Part shown: positions 58,343 to 64,000 of the stretch, piece after piece
Layout: each line of letters opens with the position of its first letter
Position numbering within the stretch: position 1 is the first letter of the stretch
Source of the DNA: an uncultured delta proteobacterium
Lineage (GTDB): Bacteria; Myxococcota_A; Polyangia; Polyangiales; Polyangiaceae
Length of the DNA: 64,000 nt
NCBI GenBank assembly: GCA_963841435.1
Contig: CAWJCS010000004.1
Span: forward strand, 192,001 to 256,000
Reading direction: 5' to 3'
Notes under the pieces: generated by a model
Seen by the model: only the letters and a program-made list of their open reading frames with translations
Database searches by the model: none
Told to the model about the DNA's origin: nothing
Program-made: the position numbers and the translations under genes

Positions 58343-60517
58343 GGCCCGAGCCCGAGCAGCTTGCCGCCCTGGTAAACCAAAAAGCTCGCCGCGTACGCCA
58401 GCACGCTCATGTACGCGAACAGGAACGCCGGCCACCGGAGGCTCCTGGTCTCGCGACGCACCACGGCGAGCGTGCTCATGCACTGGCAGGCCAGCGCGAA
58501 GAACACCATCAGCGAAAGGCCGACGAGTGGCGTGTAGCGCGGCTTGCCGTCCACGCGCTCGTTCTTGATCTTTTCGCGCAGCGGTTCGGTCTTCTCGTCG
58601 GCGTCGCCGACGCCATAGACGAGCCCGAGCGTCGACACGAACACCTCGCGCGCCGCGAACGCGCCGATGATGCCCACGTCGAGCTTCCAGTCGAAGCCGA
58701 GCGGCGCGAACACGGGCTCGATCGCCTTGCCGAGCCGGCCGGCGTAGCTCTGCTCGATGCGCGGCGAGACGCTGGCATCGCGTGTGGCGACGGCGTTTGC
58801 CGTCTCCCGCGTGTGGGGGGCCGCGGTCGTCGTTTCACCGTTGCGCGGGAAGGCGAGCAGAGCCCAGAGCACGATCGTGCACGCCAGAATCACCGTGCCC
58901 GCCTCCTTCAAGAACACGGTTGCGCGCTCACCCAGGGTACGCGCCGTCACGCCGAGGCTCGGCATCCGGTACGGCGGCAGCTCGAGAATCAACGGCACTC
59001 GCCGTGCCTTCACCACGGTGCGCCCCAGCACGAGCGCGACGATGAGCGTCGTCACGATCGCGAACCCGTACATGCCCACCATCAAAAGGCCTTGCACGGG
59101 CAACCAGCCGAATAGGTGCGAGGGGGGAAACAACGTGGCGATCACCAACGTGTAGACGGGCAGGCGGGCCGAGCAGGTCATGAGCGGCACGACCAGCATC
59201 GTGAGCAGGCGGTCGCGCTGGCGTTCCATCGTGCGCGTCGCGAGGATCGCCGGCACGGCGCACGCAAAACCCGAGAGCATGGGCACGAACGCTCGCCCGT
59301 GAAGGCCGAGCGCTTTGAGCACTCGGTCCATCAAGAACGCAACACGGGCCATGTAGCCGGAATCCTCGAGCAGCCCGATGAAGAAGAACAACAGTAGGAT
59401 CTGCGGCAGGAACACCACGACGTTGCCGACGCCGCCGATCACACCATCGACCACGAGGTCGCGCAGGATGCTCGGTGGCAAGAGCCAACGCACGCCCGAC
59501 GCGAGCGCCGCCATGAGATCCTCGATCAGCGAGATGGCGGGGTCGGCCCAGGAAAACAGCGCCTGGAACACCACCACCATCATGCCGAGGAAGATGGCGA
59601 AGCCCCCGATGGGGTGCAAAAGGACGCGGTCGAACGCGCTCCGACGACTTTCGCTTCGGCGGGTGCCGCTCGACGCGCGCGTACAAGCCCGGCAGGGCCG
59701 CGTCGATCACGCGATAGCGCGCGGCGATGCGCTCCTGATCGAGGTCGCGGTCGCCCGCCCGTGCGCGCACCTTCTCGCACGCCGCGCGCAGCGCTGCGGG
59801 CACGTTCCTGAGCTCGTCGTCGTCGTCGATGCTGCCGAGCGCCCACAGGGCGAGCGAAAGGTCACTCCGCTCGTCGCGCCGCCACGAGGCTGGCAGCGCT
59901 TCGGCGACCTCCCGCGCGTCGGCGAGCAGCGCCGGCGGGTAGGGGACGTTCACGTGCCCCTTCGCCGGCGCTTCCATGGCCTTCTCGAGGGCGCGCTTGA
60001 GGTCGTCGATGCCCGTGCCGCGGCGAGCGTCCGTCCCCACCACCGGCACGCCGAAAAGGCCCTCGAGGCCGCGCAGGCTCGGCGGATTGTGCCCGACCTC
60101 GTCGAGCATGTTGACGACGACACAGAGCGGCACGCCGAGCTCGACGAGCTCGAGCAGCAGGTAGCAATTGCGGGCGAGTTGCCCGGCATCCACGACGAGC
60201 ACGCACAGGGTGGGCTCGGGATGCCCGTCGACCCCCAGCACCGCCTCGAGTGTGATTTGCTCCTCGGCCGAGCGTGCGGAAAGCGAGTACGCGCCGGGCA
60301 GGTCGACGAGCTCGGCACGCCCGCCGTTCGGCAGCGCCACCCGTCCCGCGCGGCGCTCGACCGTGACGCCGGGGTAGTTGCCGATGTGGGCGCGCTCGCC
60401 CGTCAGCTGGTTGAAGAGGCTCGTCTTGCCGACGTTCGGGTTGCCGAGGAGCAAAACGACGCGGCGCTCTGCGTGCGCCCGCACCGGCTCGATGAGGACG
60501 CCCGCGCTCGCGGTCAC
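58339..60517 (-). CDS. feoB: ferrous iron transport protein B (apparent +1 frameshift near 59632)
   Basis: GNPNVGKT, GNYPGVTVE, DLPG.YSL; LEDSGYMAR.AF, CSARLPVY, ELPPYR, AREVFVST. Confidence 0.93.
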
Positions 60518-60825
60518 GGCCCGCCTCGAGCCGCAGCCGGCTCGAGGCTCGGGGTATCGCGCTCCGGTCGGGGCGCGCGGTTCGGCACGGGCTCGGCGAT
60601 GCGGATCGCTGCGGCCTCGGTCCTGCGGATCGACAGGCTGGCACCGCGCACCAAAAGCTCCAGCGGATCGCCGAGCGGCGCGACACCGACGAGCTCCACG
60701 CGCGTGCCGGGCACGAGGCCGAGCTCCATGAGGCGACGGCGGAAGCTGCGCGCGCCGCCGACGTGCTCGATGACGGCGCTGTCCTTGAGCCCGAGCTCGG
60801 CGAGGTGGGAGCGGCGCGCGGTCAC
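60514..60825 (-). CDS. feoA: ferrous iron transport protein A
   Basis: RRLMELGLVPG, APLGDP.E..VRG..LSIR..EA. Confidence 0.92.
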   Translation of the reverse strand: MTARRSHLAELGLKDSAVIEHVGGARSFRRRLMELGLVPGTRVELVGVAPLGDPLELLVRGASLSIRRTEAAAIRIAEPVPNRAPRPERDTPSLEPAAARGGP

Positions 60826-60839
60826 GTCCGAAGCCTAGC

Positions 60840-61832
60840 TCAACTGAAAACGACTATCAAATTCAGCCCAAGGTGGGGCTTCCTGCCTGGTTTCGTGCCA
60901 GGGCACCCGCGACGCTCCTCGACAGCGAAAGCGCGTCGGTCGAACGCGGGGAGCACCCGAAGTAGAGCGCGGAGCGCCTCGAGCATCTCGACGGCCGAGC
61001 CGAAGCGCCGCTCCGGCTCGCGGTCCAGCGTCCGATGCACGGCCTGGTTCAGCTGGAGCGGCAAGGAGGGCCTCACCATGCCGAGCAGCGGCACGCGCGC
61101 GTCGCGCACGCGAAGGGCCGACTCCACCTCGGTCTCGCCACGGAACAGGCGCGCGCCCGTGAGCGCCTCCCAGAGCACGATGCCGAGCGCGAAAAGATCG
61201 CTTCGCACGCTCGGCGGCTCCCCGCGCACGAGCTCGGGCGCGAGGTAGGCGGCCTTGCCCTTGACCACGTTGGGTCGCGTGAGCCGCTCGCGATCGGTTG
61301 CGCTCGCGAGGCCGAAATCGCCGAGCTTGACGACGCCCGCGGCGTCGATGAGCACGTTGCCGGGGCTGACGTCGCGATGCAGGATGGGAGACGGTCGGCC
61401 GTGGGCGTCGAGACGCGCGTGCGCACAGGCGAGCGCTCGCAGCACCTCGATGCCGATGGCGGTCACGAGCTCCCACGGTGTCTCGATACCGTGCTGGGTG
61501 TGCGACGCCACCCAAGCGCCGAGGTCGAGCCCGCGCACGAGCTCGCTCACCAGATACGGCTCGCCGAGCTCGTCAACGCCGAAGTCGAGCACGGCGACGA
61601 CGTTGGGGTGGTAGAGCTCGGCGCCGACGCGCGCCTCTTCTGCGAACATGGCAGCGGCCTCGGGCGAACCGGCGAGGTGCGGCAGCATGCGTTTGACGGC
61701 GACCGCACGCGCGAAGCGTCCCGGCCCCCGCTGAACGGCGCGCCAGACGACGGCCATGCCACCCTGGCCCAACCTCTCCACGAGCTCGTAGCGTCCAGCG
61801 ATGACGCGTCCGGGAGCGTCGTCGCCCGCCAT
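60840..61832 (-). CDS. Ser/Thr protein kinase (true stop possibly at 60863 if GTCGAAC at 60939 has an extra base)
   Basis: GQGGMAVV, AVK, HRDVSPGN, DFG, KGK.AYLAPE. Confidence 0.9.
   Translation of the reverse strand: MAGDDAPGRVIAGRYELVERLGQGGMAVVWRAVQRGPGRFARAVAVKRMLPHLAGSPEAAAMFAEEARVGAELYHPNVVAVLDFGVDELGEPYLVSELVRGLDLGAWVASHTQHGIETPWELVTAIGIEVLRALACAHARLDAHGRPSPILHRDVSPGNVLIDAAGVVKLGDFGLASATDRERLTRPNVVKGKAAYLAPELVRGEPPSVRSDLFALGIVLWEALTGARLFRGETEVESALRVRDARVPLLGMVRPSLPLQLNQAVHRTLDREPERRFGSAVEMLEALRALLRVLPAFDRRAFAVEERRGCPGTKPGRKPHLGLNLIVVFS
60845..60859. promoter_or_regulatory. Fur-like box
   Basis: TGAAAAC-G-ACTATCA, 20 bp upstream of the feoA start. Confidence 0.75.
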
Positions 61833-62027
61833 CACCGAGCCGCTGCGTTGGGGGTCGCCATCGGACGATCGTGGCGGAAGTCACCGCTGCCGACCCCTGC
61901 CGACACGCGCGAGCTTCGTTGCATCGTCGGCGACGCTACCACCTTCGAGCACCCACAAGGTAGGAGCACGCCTCACCGAACGACGGGCCAGCACGTGCGG
62001 AAGTTGAATCCGTGCCTCCGAAACGCC

Positions 62028-63258
62028 ATGATCGAGACAATGACGAAAGCGCCCACCGCTGCGCCGCGCCGACTGCTCGGTCTCTTCGTTCTGAGCATGC
62101 CGGCCGTGATCGGGAGCGCGTGTAGCAGCTCGGACGGCGTCAACTTCTTCGATGTGCCGGGAGGCGGGAAGGCGGGCGCGCCATCGGCGGGTGGGGCCGA
62201 GAGCGCCGGCACGGCGGGAGTTGCCGGGACGAGCGCGGGGACCGGAAACGGCGGCTCGACCAACGCGGGCGGAACCGCGGGCGACGCGAGCGGTGGCACG
62301 CCGCCCGTTTTAGGCGGCGGTGGCGGGGGCGGCGAAGTCGGCGGGGCAACGGCCGTCGGCGGCAGCGCGGGCAGCGCGGGCAGCGCGGGCAGCGCGGGAA
62401 CGACGCCGGAGGTCGGCGGCACGGGCGGCGAGGAAACCGGGGGCGCAGGCGAGGCCGGCGCCATGGAGGGAGGCGGCAGCGGGACGTCGGGCGTCGGCGG
62501 CACGAGCGGCGTCGGCGGCACCAGCGGCGACGGCGGCACCAGCGGCGACGGCGGCACCAGCGGCGACGGCGGCACCAGCGGCAGTGCCGGGACCGCGGGG
62601 TCGAGCGGAGACGCAGGCAGCGCGGGGACGAGCGCTGGCGGTAGCGCGGGGACGGCCGGCGGCGCGGGAACCGCGGGCACGGCGGGCAGCAGCGGTTGCG
62701 TCGCGACGACCGAGGTTTGCGACGGTCTCGACAACGATTGCCACAACGGTATCGACGACGCCGGTGTCTGTCCGGAGGGCTGCACCGGGGCGATCTTCCA
62801 GGGTCATCACTATCTCTTCTGTCAGGACATGGGTGATACGACGTGGCGTCAGGCCCGGACCTTCTGCCAGGGCGCCATGTCGCTCGGCTCTGCGTCCGTG
62901 CCCGTTGCCATGACGCTCGTCGAGGTTGAACTCGGCCGAAGAAGACAAGTTCATCGTCGATTGGATAACCGCCTCGAACCTGAACGACGACGTGTGGATG
63001 GGCGGCAGCGACATCGACACCGAAGGCACCTGGATCTGGGACCGCGCGTCGCAGAACGGGCTGCAATTCTGGAAGGGAAAGGCCAACGGGATGCCCGTCG
63101 GCAACCGCTACAACGACTGGGCGAGTGGGCAGCCGAACGACGGCACCGCGGTGACCGGCGAGGACTGCGCCCGCTTCGACGATGCTTCCAACTGGAAGTG
63201 GAACGACCGGCTCTGCACGAACGGTCTGCCGCACTTCGTTTGCGAGGAGCTGCCCTAG
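62028..63258 (+). CDS. Gly-rich lipoprotein with C-type lectin domain (apparent +1 frameshift near 62925)
   Basis: SAC lipobox, CDGLDNDC repeat, YLFC...W..AR.FC, WMGGSD...EG.W.W, W..GQPND, EDC, WND..C...FVCE. Confidence 0.82.
62361..62582 (+). repeat. coding tandem repeats in the Gly-rich linker
   Basis: (GGCAGCGCG)x4 from 62361; about 5 copies of an 18-bp unit GGCGGCACCAGCGGCGAC (GGTSGD/V) at about 62495-62582. Confidence 0.8.
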
Positions 63259-63278
63259 GCGGCCCCGCGGGGAGGGTC

Positions 63279-63752
63279 GTGGTCACTCGTTCCAGGGCAC
63301 AATCGGCGGGCGTTCTGATCTTTCGTCGATGCTCGGGTCCGCTCGAAGTCCTGCTCGCTCACCCGGGCGGACCGATCTTTCGCGGCCGTGATCTCGGGGC
63401 GTGGACCATCCCGAAGGGCGAGATCGAGCCGGGCGAGGAGCCGCTCGCGGCGGCGCAGCGCGAGCTCGTGGAGGAGACCGGCTTTTCGCTGCCGGGGCCC
63501 TTCCTAGAGCTCGGTCAGGTCAAGCAGAAGAGCGGCAAGATCGTGCACGCGTGGGCCGCCGAAGGCGATGTGGATCTGGGAGCGTTTCAGAGCGCGACGT
63601 TTCGCATGGAGTGGCCGCCGCGCTCCGGAAAGTTCGGCGAGTTTCCCGAGCTCGACCGCGTTTCGTACTTCAACGTCAACACCGCCAAGCAGAAGCTGAA
63701 CGCCGCGCAGAGCGCCTTCGTCGAGCGCCTCGTCGAGCGCGTCGGGGCTTAG
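63279..63752 (+). CDS. NUDIX hydrolase
   Basis: HPGGP, WTIPKG..EPGE...AA.RE..EETG, EWPPRSG...FPE.DR. Confidence 0.9.
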   Translation: MVTRSRAQSAGVLIFRRCSGPLEVLLAHPGGPIFRGRDLGAWTIPKGEIEPGEEPLAAAQRELVEETGFSLPGPFLELGQVKQKSGKIVHAWAAEGDVDLGAFQSATFRMEWPPRSGKFGEFPELDRVSYFNVNTAKQKLNAAQSAFVERLVERVGA

Positions 63753-63897
63753 GCCGTCGCGGCTCTCGGGCTACGAAGCGCCGCGAGGCGAAACAGAAAC
63801 GCGTCGATTCTTTCGTGCTCTCGAATGGCTCCTCGGTCGCCTCGGCATCGAGCGCACGGGCGCCGAGAGAAGGCAGGAGCGTATCGAGCTGCTCCGG

Positions 63898-63980
63898 TGG
63901 CCCCTCCGGGACTCGAACCCGGACGTCCTTTCGGACAAGGGATTTTAAATCCCCGGCGTCTGCCATTCCGCCAAGGGGCC
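63898..63980 (-). tRNA. tRNA-Leu (anticodon UAA), CCA not encoded
   Basis: Minus strand GGCCCCTTGGCGGAATGGCAGACGCCGGGGATTTAAAATCCCTTGTCCGAAAGGACGTCCGGGTTCGAGTCCCGGAGGGGCCA: 7-bp acceptor stem, long variable arm, TTCGA T-loop. Confidence 0.95.
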
Positions 63981-64000
63981 AGAGGATCGAAAGCTAGCGT

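Noticed and set aside
58339-60517. feoB (and the AI-2E, PEGA and trmY genes) as true pseudogenes or programmed frameshifts
   Set aside because: Each has a single +1 indel in a recurring sequence context, no other decay and no slippery heptamer, so sequencing error is more parsimonious.
62361-62700. CRISPR-like or mobile repeat array
   Set aside because: The repeats are in-frame 9/18-bp units coding Gly/Ser/Thr linkers, with no unique spacers and no cas genes.
61035-63752. 905-aa lectin-NUDIX fusion ORF
   Set aside because: Artefact of the +1 shift near 62925 plus antisense read-through of the kinase. The lectin ends at 63258 and NUDIX has its own RBS and GTG at 63279.
63760-63900. Genomic island or prophage attached at the tRNA-Leu 3' end
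   Set aside because: No integrase, no duplicated tRNA 3' end noticed, and no compositional shift in the flanking genes.

Overview
High-GC chromosomal window with the gene content of a myxobacterium (Myxococcota, probably Polyangiaceae-like; an inference from four Hanks-type Ser/Thr kinases, PEGA, MYXO-CTERM-like and DUF4215-like proteins, a TonB-C-fused receptor and many sigma54 promoters). It holds about 60 CDS, including glmS, rnhA, bfr/bfd, feoAB, coaBC, mpg, glsA, a yebC-family gene and a trmY-like gene, plus one tRNA-Leu(UAA). No mobile element, CRISPR array or rRNA is visible. The strongest candidate for an undescribed system is a minus-strand operon at 19017-22667: a prenyltransferase/squalene-cyclase-repeat protein, a membrane class III cyclase with a degenerate active site, a ComQ/terpene-synthase-like isoprenoid-fold enzyme, and a small NHLP-leader-like protein. 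It may be a prenyl-peptide or terpenoid signalling cassette. Other notable items: (1) a stress-gene island with five sigma54 promoters around a pseudo-histidine kinase/NtrC pair; (2) a BlaI with twin operator dyads next to a BlaR1-M56/FtsI-type fusion; (3) matching Fur-like boxes at bfd/bfr and feoAB; (4) a small HU-like-helix protein with palindromes ahead of glmS; (5) nine apparent +1 frameshifts, eight beside TCGA, probably sequencing artefacts and possibly linked to methylation. All calls come from reading motifs by eye; no database searches were run.
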